Assembly (NCBI GenBank): GCA_029262475.1
Contig: JAJCZG010000119.1
Location: 3,378 to 67,377, forward strand
Direction of reading: 5' to 3'
Source of the DNA: Deltaproteobacteria bacterium
GTDB taxonomy: Bacteria > Desulfobacterota > GWC2-55-46 > JAJCZF01
DNA length: 64,000 nucleotides
Shown: positions 18,917-28,765 of the stretch, one piece after another
Layout of the letters: every line of letters starts with the position of its first letter
Numbering within the stretch: position 1 is the first letter of the stretch
Translations under genes and position numbers: made by a program
The notes under the pieces: model-generated
Told to the model about the DNA's origin: nothing
What the model saw: the letters and a program-made list of their open reading frames with translations, nothing else
The model's database searches: none

Positions 18917-21406
18917 CTACTCTTTAGCGCTCTTATCCTCTTTCATATAGAATTTTTTCAGGTTAAATCTGGCGTTGACGTGCTCGGGATCAATCTTCAG
19001 GGCTTCTTTATATGACTTCTCCGCCTCTTTCGTTCTGCCTACCTTTTCATAGAGGATACCGAGGTTATTTAAGGCATAGGCATGTTTCGGGTCGGAACGC
19101 AGAGCCTCCTTGTATGCCTGCTCAGCCTCGGTAAGCAGGCCCATCTTGCCGTATATAATACCCTGGTTATAATAGCCGTTGGCGTAGTCCGGGTCAAGCT
19201 TCAGGGCCTCTTTATAAACATCGACGGCCGAGCGGTGCTCGCCCATCTTGCTGTAGAGATTTCCGAGGTTATTGTAGGTATAGGCATAGCCGGAGTCGAG
19301 CTTTATCGACCTCTTATAGGCCCTCTCAGCCAATTTGAACTTACCTGTCTTGGAGTATAGGTTGCCGAGGTAGTAATAAGGCCACGAGAAGTCAGGGTCG
19401 AGTTCGCTGGCCTTATTGTACTGTTCTATGGCCATCTCACTCTTCTTCATATCGTCGTAGATGGTGCCTAGCCTCAGTGTAAGTGTGGCCTTGACCTTCT
19501 TGTCGTCATGGTCCAGCGCGAGACCCTGAAAGACGTCTTCAAGCGCCTGGTGGAAGTTCTTACCCCTCCAGGCATCGGTTGAGAGAACAAGATAGTCCTC
19601 CGGAGCCCTGAGCTTCGCGTTTCTAAGCTCCGCCTCCTGAACCAGCTCAACGAGGGCCCTTGCGTCCTTCTCCGATGGTTTGTCCTGCGCCGCGCTCAGG
19701 GCAAGCGCCCTCTTCTCAGAGGTAAATGGAATGTAGGTCGGGTCAGTATTTTTGACGTAAAACCTATCCCTTAGATAGGGCTTTGCCACCAGGCCCGCTA
19801 CAGCGAGGATGCACACTATCAAGAGATAAAATATCACTGAGTGGGCCCACTCGCTTCCCTTCTTCTTCGTTGAAACGCTGCTGGGGGCCGGAGCGATATG
19901 GATCCTGCTGTCCATCCTTGAAGGGGCCTTTGGAGGGACGTACGCTCCCGGAGTCGACGGCAGGATTATGCATCGAGCCTCTCCTCGGTTCATCCTGCTT
20001 GATGGCGCCGCCTTGTTAACGGGCGGGGCCATCCACGAAGCGGTCTTCCTTGTGGTAGTCGTAACGGAACTTACCGATGGAGATACGGCGGGGGTATTGT
20101 CTTTAGACGGAGGGGTGCCGGGAGAAGAGACGGCAGGGGCAACATCAATACCTGAAGCTTCTCTTTTAACAGCGACCTTTGCGCTAATGGGCGTTACTCC
20201 TGCGCCATTGCCGCCAGGCTCCACGGAGAGCGCATCCCGTCTACCCTTCTTCTTTGTATAGAGAAAATCCTCTGGAAACCCGGCGCTATCCGTCCCTTCG
20301 AGCGTCTCTTCACCCTCCATTTCAGGCATATCGGACGAATCCAGTTCGTGGAGGTAAGGCACCCTGTGTTCGGCAAAATAAGGCTCTTTAGGCTCAGGGG
20401 CTTCCTTTGCCGCCAGAGCGCTATTTTCTTTGATACCCCTGCTGGAATGCTCTTCCGCTTCAAAGCCTTGTGACTTTTCATCACTTGTCGAGATTCTCCT
20501 CTTCCTCTCGGAGGCGGGGAATTTTTCAATATTTATCACAACGGCATCAGACTTCCAGGCTTTATCATCGGCATCTACGGCAGCCTCTGTAGTCACAGAC
20601 TCATCTTTGCGCCCAGATGAGCCCCCCGTGACATCTTCGGCGGCAGAGGAGGCTAGTACCACCGCAGGTGGTATGATCTCAACTTTACCGGCAGGGAACT
20701 CTTCAATCTTGATTGGAGATCTTTGCTCCGCCGTGGCGGCTTCTCCCGGAGCCTTTAAAGAAGGACGCGAGTGCGCGCACTCATCTTCACTAGCAAGAAC
20801 GGCAGGAAATTTCTCTATATTTATTATACTAGAAGCAAAGCTTTTTACGGAATCAGACCTCTCCGACTCTTCTTCATTCGAAGCGGTTGGCGTTTCTTTC
20901 CCGGTGGAGCGAAATTCTTCTATTACTATCGGCTGGCGCTTAGTGCTCATCACTGAAACCTCGTTGTCGTTATAATCCGCTACCGACTCTTCACGAGCCT
21001 CTCCGGCCTCCTCGGCAGCAGCGTCTTCGATAAGACCTGCTTCGGGAGCCTTCAGCTCCTCGCACTCATCAACTTCACCCGGGAGCCCTACCTCTGCAAT
21101 GATAATGGCGCTCGGGTCCGGGACTTCGATTGGCGAGGCTACCTGGAGATTCTCACTAGCTCCGGACTCAGCCATATCCTCTGTATTAGACGTCTCTGCA
21201 AGTGCACTATCTGGTGCAGCGGATATGGGGGCTTGAGCATTCTCCATAAGCTCATCAGAGAGCACGATAGCGTTATCCCACCTTCCTGCATAACCGCATC
21301 TCAGGCAATACATTACATTTCTGGCGATATTAATTCGCAGATGTGCGCCGGTGTCCGGAGCCATACCGGTATCCTGACAATAAGGACAATTACACTGTTT
21401 ATCCAT
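18917..21406 (-). CDS. Zn-ribbon / disordered linker / single TM / TPR-repeat protein
   Basis: N-terminal CPYC...CLRC; long acidic/Pro-Ser linker; TM VIFYLLIVCILAVAGLV; 5-6 TPRs (YYYLGNLY, YNNLGNLY, LNNLGILY). Confidence 0.8.
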   Translation of the reverse strand: MDKQCNCPYCQDTGMAPDTGAHLRINIARNVMYCLRCGYAGRWDNAIVLSDELMENAQAPISAAPDSALAETSNTEDMAESGASENLQVASPIEVPDPSAIIIAEVGLPGEVDECEELKAPEAGLIEDAAAEEAGEAREESVADYNDNEVSVMSTKRQPIVIEEFRSTGKETPTASNEEESERSDSVKSFASSIINIEKFPAVLASEDECAHSRPSLKAPGEAATAEQRSPIKIEEFPAGKVEIIPPAVVLASSAAEDVTGGSSGRKDESVTTEAAVDADDKAWKSDAVVINIEKFPASERKRRISTSDEKSQGFEAEEHSSRGIKENSALAAKEAPEPKEPYFAEHRVPYLHELDSSDMPEMEGEETLEGTDSAGFPEDFLYTKKKGRRDALSVEPGGNGAGVTPISAKVAVKREASGIDVAPAVSSPGTPPSKDNTPAVSPSVSSVTTTTRKTASWMAPPVNKAAPSSRMNRGEARCIILPSTPGAYVPPKAPSRMDSRIHIAPAPSSVSTKKKGSEWAHSVIFYLLIVCILAVAGLVAKPYLRDRFYVKNTDPTYIPFTSEKRALALSAAQDKPSEKDARALVELVQEAELRNAKLRAPEDYLVLSTDAWRGKNFHQALEDVFQGLALDHDDKKVKATLTLRLGTIYDDMKKSEMAIEQYNKASELDPDFSWPYYYLGNLYSKTGKFKLAERAYKRSIKLDSGYAYTYNNLGNLYSKMGEHRSAVDVYKEALKLDPDYANGYYNQGIIYGKMGLLTEAEQAYKEALRSDPKHAYALNNLGILYEKVGRTKEAEKSYKEALKIDPEHVNARFNLKKFYMKEDKSAKE

Positions 21407-22030
21407 GAAATTCCTCTAAGCTGTAGTCCTGAGAAGATTCCAAAAGAATCGACCGACTGCTCTTAAACCACTTTCCCAGGCAGTTCATAAGATGCAATGT
21501 TGCTAATTTCAACTATTTTTAGACTAAAAACGCAGGAGGAATTAAGCATATGCTGTGCATATGCTAAGATTGTAATGTTTTTTATAGGCGAGAGTCAACT
21601 TTTATTTCGTATTTTTGAGTTTATTGTACAATAGCGACAAACCAGTTGTCCTTAGAGAGGGAGTTTTATAAGTGCATGAATCTATAGCAGATACTCCTGC
21701 CAGTGGCTTTGATAGTATCTCTTGTTGGCATTATTGTGTCTGAAAAAGATGGTAGAGAGCAATAAAAAGACTGTGCCCTCCCGGTAAAAGGTTACCGGCT
21801 TGCTCTGGAACTAAAATACCCCGGTCTTTCGTCTGATAGAGAGATTTGCATACGAGTTTCGCCAGTAAACGTATATCCGGAGAAATCGCTCGATATAAGG
21901 TTTTGGCTATCTTGCGTAGACCGGAGCTTAAAGATTGTGCGAATCGAAAGATAAAGGATTTGGCAAGGATTTAGTTAGGATCTATTTTGAAGAAGGGAAG
22001 GCTTAGCTGCTTGCAAGTGGTTGTTTTTAT

Positions 22031-22105
22031 TGGAGCCGGAGGGGAGAGTCGAACTCCCGACCAACTGATTACGAATCAGTTGCTCTACCCCTGAGCTACT
22101 CCGGC
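22031..22105 (-). tRNA. tRNA-Thr(CGT)
   Basis: GCCGGAGTAGCTCAGGGGTAGAGC..CTGA-TTCGTAA-TCAG..GTTCGACTC..CCGGCTCCA; CCA encoded. Confidence 0.97.
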
Positions 22106-22116
22106 GACAATTTAAA

Positions 22117-22145
22117 AGATTAAGGGATTAGCATTGTTTTGTCAA
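22117..22145 (-). promoter_or_regulatory. sigma70 promoter of tRNA-Thr
   Basis: TTGACA-17 nt-TAATCT just upstream of the tRNA. Confidence 0.65.
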
Positions 22146-22279
22146 GCATTTTAAGCCATTCGAGTATCTCAAAAAATCAAAACCACACTTATCTTCAACC
22201 GTTAAATTCCAGAGCAGGCTCTTGTAATAGATTGTACTCTGAAGGCACTCAAGGTTTGGGTAAAATCAGATTTTTTCTG

Positions 22280-22308
22280 TTGACACGTCGCATAAAGAAT
22301 GCTATATG
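22280..22308 (+). promoter_or_regulatory. sigma70-like promoter with no nearby ORF
   Basis: TTGACA-17 nt-TATATG preceded by TG. Confidence 0.4.
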
Positions 22309-22822
22309 TATTACAGTCAAACAGAGTAAAGTTATCGCATCAGACTACTCAAACACACCACGTTACTGCATCCTGAGATTTGACAACCCGGTCTGAAATA
22401 TACTAATTGAAGACCAGCCATACGAAAAACTGCTCTCGCATCATAAGCTCTTTGAGATAACTCACGAGTTTAGGGTCGCCTAACCAGAATGTGAGATATT
22501 TCATACATTAAATCAACTAGATAAGGGCTTTGACCCCGGTCCGTTTTTCATGCAGGAATCGGGCATTAAGACGCCATCAATAATAGTCAATTTAAGCCGC
22601 TTGAATTCATGACGGACTCAAGCCCTTCTAGTGAAGATACCGTACTCTCACGTTTCATTGTGACCTTGCGGCTTTTTTCTGTAACATATTACTCTAATAC
22701 AAAAGCTATATAGTGGTTAACTCTGATATGATCGAAAAAGTTAGTCGATTATTTCTATAAATAGCTCTAAAACTGGCGGGGCCTCACTCAATATAGAACT
22801 CAAGGATAGCAGGCCTTACTCC

Positions 22823-22851
22823 TTGACAACACTACATATAGCAGCTAACAT
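22823..22851 (+). promoter_or_regulatory. sigma70-type promoter upstream of diguanylate cyclase
   Basis: TTGACA-17 nt-TAACAT. Confidence 0.5.
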
Positions 22852-23122
22852 TAACGTTACCGTAAAATATATAATTATACAGGCGGACGTCAGCTCCTCG
22901 GTAAATATACATCTATCTGCCTGAATGGAGCCATAAACCGGCCAGTTTTTTAATTTTATCTATAACGGCCTTCAGTATTGCCGTTTGGAGGACGAGCTAG
23001 ACGTATATTTTTAAAAGAAATACGTATGGATTGCGGTTCATTTTACTCTTAAAGTAAAGATATTTTTGCTCTACCAAATATTTCACATCGCATTTTGAGC
23101 AAAATCAATCGTCCTTGTAACG

Positions 23123-24748
23123 ATGAAAGTACCTATGAAAAAAGAAACTCCAAAAGATATTACGGAGATCAGGTCTGAAAAAGAGGCCGGGAGTACCGAT
23201 AAAATTCTAGTTGTGGATGGTACGGATAAGACCCTTGACACTTCCCACAAGGAGGGTTTTGACATCCACTACGCACCCGATCTACAGGAAGCATCCAGGC
23301 TCGCCGAAGAGTTCGAGCAGTGTCTGGTTCTAGGCACCCTTACGACAGAGAAGAAGGTTCCAACCGGCACCGCCGCCCACATGAGCGGGATCACAAAGAT
23401 AAGTAAATCCCTCCAAAGCGCCCTTACGACTGTACACGAGGCCATGAGCCTGGAGGCCGCGCGCCTTGTGGAAAACAACAACGTCGGCTCCGATCAGCTC
23501 GCCTTGATAAGCACCGTCAACAAGTCTCTTCAAGAAGCCCTGACGACCGTCTACGAAGCGATGAATAACGAATCCGACAGGCTTGTGGAGTGCGACTCAG
23601 GCGAAAACTATGTGATTAAACCCTTCGAGGATGCAGAGCTTGCCGTAAGGCTAAGGGGGCTTTTAAGCTCATCGAAGGAGGTCGCCGAGCTACAGGAAGA
23701 GAAACATCGCCTTGAGAGCCTTCTTTCAATCATAAAGTCCGTACTCTCAAGCCTAAATATTGCAGACATCAGGAACGTAATCGTCACCAAACTAGCCGAG
23801 GCGATACAGACAAAAGACTGTTCGGTCCTGCTCCTTAAAAAGGATTACGATGAGTGCTTTGTCCTGGATAGCGCAAGGGGGCTCCCCAATAGCGAACTGA
23901 GGGTAGATCTCAACAACTACCCGGAACTAAAGAAGGTGCTCGACACAAAGGAGCCTCTCGCCATCAGAAATATACTCGAGCACCCCCTGATGTCAGAGGT
24001 AAAGGACTCCATCAAGGACAAGATCGAGACAAGCTCCATGGTCATACCGATAGTCTTTGACGACCCGGTCCTCGGAACGATATTCCTTAAGCTCAACAGG
24101 GGCGGAACCGAGTTCAGCGAAGAAGAGATGACGCTCTGCAGCGCGGTAGCCGAGGCATCATTTTTCGCCATGAAGAACGCCATCATCCACGAGGAGGTTC
24201 AAAAAGAGAAGGACCGCCTTAAGAAGATCGCCATAACCGACCACCTTACCAATATCTATAACCATAACTACTTCTATAAACGTCTTGCCGAGGAGTTCTC
24301 AAGGGCATCTCGTTACGATTCACCACTAAGCCTTATAATGATGGATATTGACGATTTCAAGCAGATAAACGACCTCTACGGCCACAGGGTCGGAGACGTA
24401 GTACTTCAGCAAATTGCAGGGCTACTTAAGGATTCGGTGAGGAAGGCCGATATCGTCGCCAGGTACGGCGGCGAGGAGTTTGCGGCGATCCTCCCGTCTA
24501 CGAGTATTGAAGGGGCGATTGAAGAGGCGGAGAGGATCCGTGAGAGGCTCGAAAGGCACTCCTTTGACGAGATACCTCAAAAGAAGATAACCATAAGCAT
24601 CGGCATAGCCGCTTATGACAAGAAGACCGTCATGAACCTTGGCCAGTTCGTAAATATGGCCGACCGCGCCCTCTACGAAGCCAAGAAGTGCGGCAAGAAC
24701 TGCGTTCGCGTCTCTCCTCCTGCGGACGAAATGAGGCGGCACGCTTAG
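23123..24748 (+). CDS. Diguanylate cyclase (degenerate REC - GAF - GGDEF)
   Basis: KILVVD...YVIKPF REC remnants; GAF-like region; DIDDFKQIND, RKAD I-site, RYGGEEF. Confidence 0.9.
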   Translation: MKVPMKKETPKDITEIRSEKEAGSTDKILVVDGTDKTLDTSHKEGFDIHYAPDLQEASRLAEEFEQCLVLGTLTTEKKVPTGTAAHMSGITKISKSLQSALTTVHEAMSLEAARLVENNNVGSDQLALISTVNKSLQEALTTVYEAMNNESDRLVECDSGENYVIKPFEDAELAVRLRGLLSSSKEVAELQEEKHRLESLLSIIKSVLSSLNIADIRNVIVTKLAEAIQTKDCSVLLLKKDYDECFVLDSARGLPNSELRVDLNNYPELKKVLDTKEPLAIRNILEHPLMSEVKDSIKDKIETSSMVIPIVFDDPVLGTIFLKLNRGGTEFSEEEMTLCSAVAEASFFAMKNAIIHEEVQKEKDRLKKIAITDHLTNIYNHNYFYKRLAEEFSRASRYDSPLSLIMMDIDDFKQINDLYGHRVGDVVLQQIAGLLKDSVRKADIVARYGGEEFAAILPSTSIEGAIEEAERIRERLERHSFDEIPQKKITISIGIAAYDKKTVMNLGQFVNMADRALYEAKKCGKNCVRVSPPADEMRRHA

Positions 24749-24971
24749 CCGGCCCCGGCCTTTTTTACTACAGCAGCGCCGTCACCCTAGATCACCCCAG
24801 TAAATTTACCGCGATAATACCTGATCTTTAGGTGCATCTTCGCCTACCCCCCCCCTTTGCGCGACCCTATCAAAAACGGGAAGATAGAAATACAAATAAA
24901 TATTAATCTAAGCAGACTATCCGGCGCCCTCTCCCCAACCAAACGAAGCGGAGAAGGCGAGCCTTATATTA

Positions 24972-26252
24972 TTATATCGCAGCCTCGTTGGTAATCTTTA
25001 TGGCGCAGAGGCTACCGCACATCGTACAAACGTCTGAGTCTCCGGGCGCGCTCGATTCCCTTAGCGCCCTTGCACGCTCCGGGTTTATCGAGAGCTCAAT
25101 TTGAGTATTCCAATCGAGCGCCTTCCTGGCTCTTGACATCTTTAAGTCCATCTCCATTGCACCGGGGACTCCGTTTACCAGGTCTGCTGCGTGGGCGGCT
25201 ATACGAGAAGCAATGACGCCTTCGGTAACGTCCTCGGCCGTCGGGAGCCTCAGGTGTTCGCTAGGGGTAACGTAGCAGAGGAAGTCGGCACCGCTCTTTG
25301 CGGCTATCGCCCCGCCAATGGCTGAGGTTATGTGGTCGTAGCCCGGCGCGATATCGGTCACCAGAGGACCAAGCACATAGAATGGCGCACCGTTACACAG
25401 CCTCTTCTGGAGGAGCATATTCGCCTCAATCTGGTCCATCGGCATATGCCCAGGACCCTCGACCATAACTTGAACGCCCTTGTCTACGGCCCTCTTCGTA
25501 AGCTCCCCTAAAATAATAAGCTCTTCTATCTGCCCCTTATCGGTTGCGTCGGCAAGCGAGCCCGGCCTAAGCCCGTCTCCGAGGCTAAGAGACATATCGT
25601 ATTTTTTTGCGATCTCAATAAGACGGTCGTACTCTTCAAATAAAGGGTTTTCTTTCTTATTAAATTCCATCCATTCGGCGGTGAGCGCTCCTCCCCGGCT
25701 TACTATCCCCATTACCCTGCCCTCGATCTTTATGCGCTCCACCGACCTCCTCGTCACTCCGCAGTGAACGGTAACAAAATCTACCCCCTCTTTTGCCTGC
25801 TCTTCTATGACCGCGAAGATATCGTCGGCGGTAAGTTCCACAAAAGATTTGCCTTTGAGCCCGGAGTCGTGGGCGGCCTGGTATATCGGCACGGTGCCGA
25901 GCGGGATAGTCGCCTCCGCGAGTATCGCCCTTCTTATGGCGTTTATGTCGCCTCCGGTTGAAAGGTCCATCACGGCGTCGGCACCGGCGTCTATCGCGGC
26001 CCTTAGCTTAACAAGCTCTTCAGCCGGGTCGAGCACATCCTCGGATGAGCCGATATTGGCGTTGACCTTGGTCCTTAAACCTTTGCCTACGGCGAGCGGC
26101 TTTAGGTCGGTGCGCTGTGTATTTCTTGTTATGATTACCGTTCCATCGGCTATTCGGTCTCGAATATACTCGGGGGTTACGCCTTCGGCCAGCGCCACTT
26201 CCGTCATCTCTTCAGTTATAATACCCTTACGGGCGCTTTCTAGTCTCGTCAT
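24972..26252 (-). CDS. thiC: Phosphomethylpyrimidine synthase
   Basis: KVNANIG, MDLSTG, VSRGG, EGPGH, YVTPSEH, CTMCGSLC; ATG 26252 with RBS AAGGAGG. Confidence 0.95.
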   Translation of the reverse strand: MTRLESARKGIITEEMTEVALAEGVTPEYIRDRIADGTVIITRNTQRTDLKPLAVGKGLRTKVNANIGSSEDVLDPAEELVKLRAAIDAGADAVMDLSTGGDINAIRRAILAEATIPLGTVPIYQAAHDSGLKGKSFVELTADDIFAVIEEQAKEGVDFVTVHCGVTRRSVERIKIEGRVMGIVSRGGALTAEWMEFNKKENPLFEEYDRLIEIAKKYDMSLSLGDGLRPGSLADATDKGQIEELIILGELTKRAVDKGVQVMVEGPGHMPMDQIEANMLLQKRLCNGAPFYVLGPLVTDIAPGYDHITSAIGGAIAAKSGADFLCYVTPSEHLRLPTAEDVTEGVIASRIAAHAADLVNGVPGAMEMDLKMSRARKALDWNTQIELSINPERARALRESSAPGDSDVCTMCGSLCAIKITNEAAI

Positions 26253-26303
26253 CTCGGTCCCCTCCTTTATATCCATAAATACAGGCAAAATTAAATTCTA
26301 TAT

Positions 26304-26969
26304 CTAATACAATTTATTTAGAAATTCTCTAGCGCTCGATTCAACATCGTCTGTGGCCAGTATCCCGGATATAAGTGCAATGCCGTGAGCCCCGTTACCA
26401 GTGACCATCCCGGCGTTACCCGGCTTTATGCCGCCGAGGCCGAAGACCGGTATGGTAAGGGTCTCTACTACATCCTTAAGGGGGGTTAGCCCAACAGGGT
26501 CCCCGTACCGTGCCTTCGACGGCGTAAAGAATGCCGGCCCGAAGGTTATAAAATCCGCACCGGCGGCCTCTGCCTTCCTCGCCTCCGAGATTCCGTGAGT
26601 CGATACGCTTATGAGGCCGTGTTTCCAGTAAGGCCTTATATCACGGGGCGAAAAGCCGCTCTGCGGAAGGTGAACTCCGTCTGCGCCGCAGGCGAGGGCC
26701 ACATCCAGCCTGTCGTTTATAAAAAGCTTTGCTCCGTAACGCTTCGTAATATCTAGAAGCTTACTGGCCGCGTAAAGGAGAGAGCGTCCACGAAGGGCTT
26801 TTTCCCTGAGTTGAACGGCCTTTACACCGGCTTTTAGTGCCTTCTCAACCGCGCTGAGCTTTTCCGCCAGGCGCTCTTCAAATCCCTCCCCGTCCGTAAG
26901 CGTACCGTCGGTTATGAGATAGAGCTTAAAATCTACCTTTACGCCTCCTTCGACCACAGCCTCTTCCAT
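26304..26969 (-). CDS. thiE: Thiamine-phosphate synthase
   Basis: LYLITD, VQLREK, INDR, GVHL, STH, TPSK, LGGI; start uncertain (overlaps lgt). Confidence 0.88.
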   Translation of the reverse strand: MEEAVVEGGVKVDFKLYLITDGTLTDGEGFEERLAEKLSAVEKALKAGVKAVQLREKALRGRSLLYAASKLLDITKRYGAKLFINDRLDVALACGADGVHLPQSGFSPRDIRPYWKHGLISVSTHGISEARKAEAAGADFITFGPAFFTPSKARYGDPVGLTPLKDVVETLTIPVFGLGGIKPGNAGMVTGNGAHGIALISGILATDDVESSAREFLNKLY

Positions 26970-27712
26970 AGTATTATCGCGACCATCAACGCGATGAGCG
27001 CGAGGCTTACGAGCTGTGCCGCCTTTAAGGGCCCGAACATCAGGCTGTCGGCCCTGAAATGCTCAACAATAAACCTCCCAACCGAGTAGAGCATGAAGTA
27101 GAGGGCAAATATAAAGCCGTCCTTATGCTCCCTCTTCCTCACCACGAACCAGAGGAAGCAGAATATCGTAACGTTAAAAAGGAGCTCGTAGAGCATGGTA
27201 GGGTGCGTCGGCATCCCCGGGAACTGGCTCCCGGCCGGAGTGTTGAGCGGAAAGACCACGCCCCAGGGCATATCCGTCACCCTGCCGTGGGCATCGCCGT
27301 TCATGAAATTACCGAAACGCCCGAATGCCTGCCCTATTATTAGCGACGGGGCCACGGCGTCGCTCATTTTCCAGAACGGCACCGTCTTCCTCCTTAGATA
27401 TAACCACGCCCCTGACACTCCGCCGATAAGGCCGCCGTGTATGGCAAGCCCCCCATGCCATATTGCCGGAATCTCGGCAGGGTGCGCCAGATATACGTCG
27501 AGGTTAAATACGACGTAATAGAGACGCGCTACGAGTATGCCCCCTATCACGCACCAGGTGATGAGGTTTGGAAGCTCATCTTCTGTAAGTGGGATTGACT
27601 TTCTCTTAACCTCGTGCTTTATAATTATCCAAGCCGAAATGATAGCCACAACGTACATGAGGCCGTAGAAGCGGATAACTATCGGGCCGAATTCAAATAG
27701 TATTGGGTGCAA
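26939..27712 (-). CDS. lgt: Prolipoprotein diacylglyceryl transferase
   Basis: IRFYGLMY, ARLYYV, GGLAIHGG, GRFGNF, HPTMLYE, RFIVEHFR. Confidence 0.95.
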   Translation of the reverse strand: MHPILFEFGPIVIRFYGLMYVVAIISAWIIIKHEVKRKSIPLTEDELPNLITWCVIGGILVARLYYVVFNLDVYLAHPAEIPAIWHGGLAIHGGLIGGVSGAWLYLRRKTVPFWKMSDAVAPSLIIGQAFGRFGNFMNGDAHGRVTDMPWGVVFPLNTPAGSQFPGMPTHPTMLYELLFNVTIFCFLWFVVRKREHKDGFIFALYFMLYSVGRFIVEHFRADSLMFGPLKAAQLVSLALIALMVAIILWKRLWSKEA

Positions 27713-27738
27713 GGGGTCTTCCTCTTTCTTTTATCTAA

Positions 27739-28515
27739 CTAACCTATAAGTCCGTCCAGGGGGCTCGAAGCAGTGGCATAGAGCTTCCTCGGTATCCTGC
27801 CGGAGAGGTAAGCGAGCCTCCCGGCCTCTACGGCACAGTTCATGGCGCGCGCCATCCGTACCGGGTCCCTGGCCCCGGCGATACCGGTATTCATGAGGAG
27901 AGCGTCGCAGCCTAGCTCCATTGCGATAGCAGCGTCCGATGCCGTGCCGACCCCTGCGTCAACGATCACCGGCACGCTGACCGTCTCCATTATAATCCGT
28001 ATATTATACGGGTTCCTTATGCCGAGCCCCGATCCTATAGGGGCCGCAAGCGGCATTACAGCGGCGCAGCCCGCGTCTTCGAGCTTCCTTGCCATAATCG
28101 GGTCGTCGGTCGTATACGGAAGCACCGTAAAACCTTCTTTAACGAGTATGCGGGCCGCCACAAGTAGCGCCTCGTTATCGGGGAATAACGTCTTCTCGTC
28201 CCCTATTACCTCAAGCTTTACGAGATCGGTATCCATCGCCTCCCTTGCGAGCATCGACGTCCTTACCGCATCGTCTGCGGTAAAGCACGCTGCGGTATTC
28301 GGTAGCAGCGTATACTTATCAGTATCTATATGGTCTAAGAGGGATTCCTTTGTCCTGTCGAGGTTAACCCTTCGTACGGCTACCGTTACTATCTCGGCGC
28401 CCGAGGCGTCAAGGGCTGCTATCATCTCTTCGTTCGTTTTGTACTTACCGGTTCCGACCATGAGCCTCGAGCGAAAGACCCTGTCGCCAATCTTAAAAGT
28501 ATCATCACCCGTCAT
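27739..28515 (-). CDS. thiG: Thiazole synthase
   Basis: [33 protein letters not shown]. Confidence 0.97.
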   Translation of the reverse strand: MTGDDTFKIGDRVFRSRLMVGTGKYKTNEEMIAALDASGAEIVTVAVRRVNLDRTKESLLDHIDTDKYTLLPNTAACFTADDAVRTSMLAREAMDTDLVKLEVIGDEKTLFPDNEALLVAARILVKEGFTVLPYTTDDPIMARKLEDAGCAAVMPLAAPIGSGLGIRNPYNIRIIMETVSVPVIVDAGVGTASDAAIAMELGCDALLMNTGIAGARDPVRMARAMNCAVEAGRLAYLSGRIPRKLYATASSPLDGLIG

Positions 28516-28549
28516 CTCTTATCTCCTCCATTATTCCAGTAGAAATTTA

Positions 28550-28750
28550 TTAGCCTCCGCCGACCATGCGTATCACTTCGACGGTGTCGCCTTCCTTTAA
28601 GCGCGTCTCCTCGTGGCGTCCCTTGGGGACTACCTCTCTATTTAGTTCAACGGCTATGCCCCTCCGTTCTATCTCAAGGGCGTTTAACATATCAAGGACC
28701 GATATGCCGTCGGCCAAAACCTTTTCTTCTCCGTTAAGTAGAAGCTTCAT
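28550..28750 (-). CDS. thiS: Sulfur carrier protein ThiS
   Basis: 66 aa, LNGE...AVELN...C-terminal VGGG. Confidence 0.95.
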   Translation of the reverse strand: MKLLLNGEEKVLADGISVLDMLNALEIERRGIAVELNREVVPKGRHEETRLKEGDTVEVIRMVGGG

Positions 28751-28765
28751 AGCATATACCCCCCC

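Noticed and set aside
21676-21765. Small hydrophobic frame MNL*QILLPVALIVSLVGIIVSEKDGREQ with an in-frame TAG
   Set aside because: Stop at codon 4 and no evidence for readthrough; at most a decayed small gene
22829-22844. NrdR-box-like ACACTACATATAG in a promoter spacer
   Set aside because: Single imperfect copy and no nucleotide-metabolism gene downstream
24972-26252. Short ThiC could be the BzaA/B/F paralog
   Set aside because: Context with thiS/G/E under a TPP riboswitch supports ThiC
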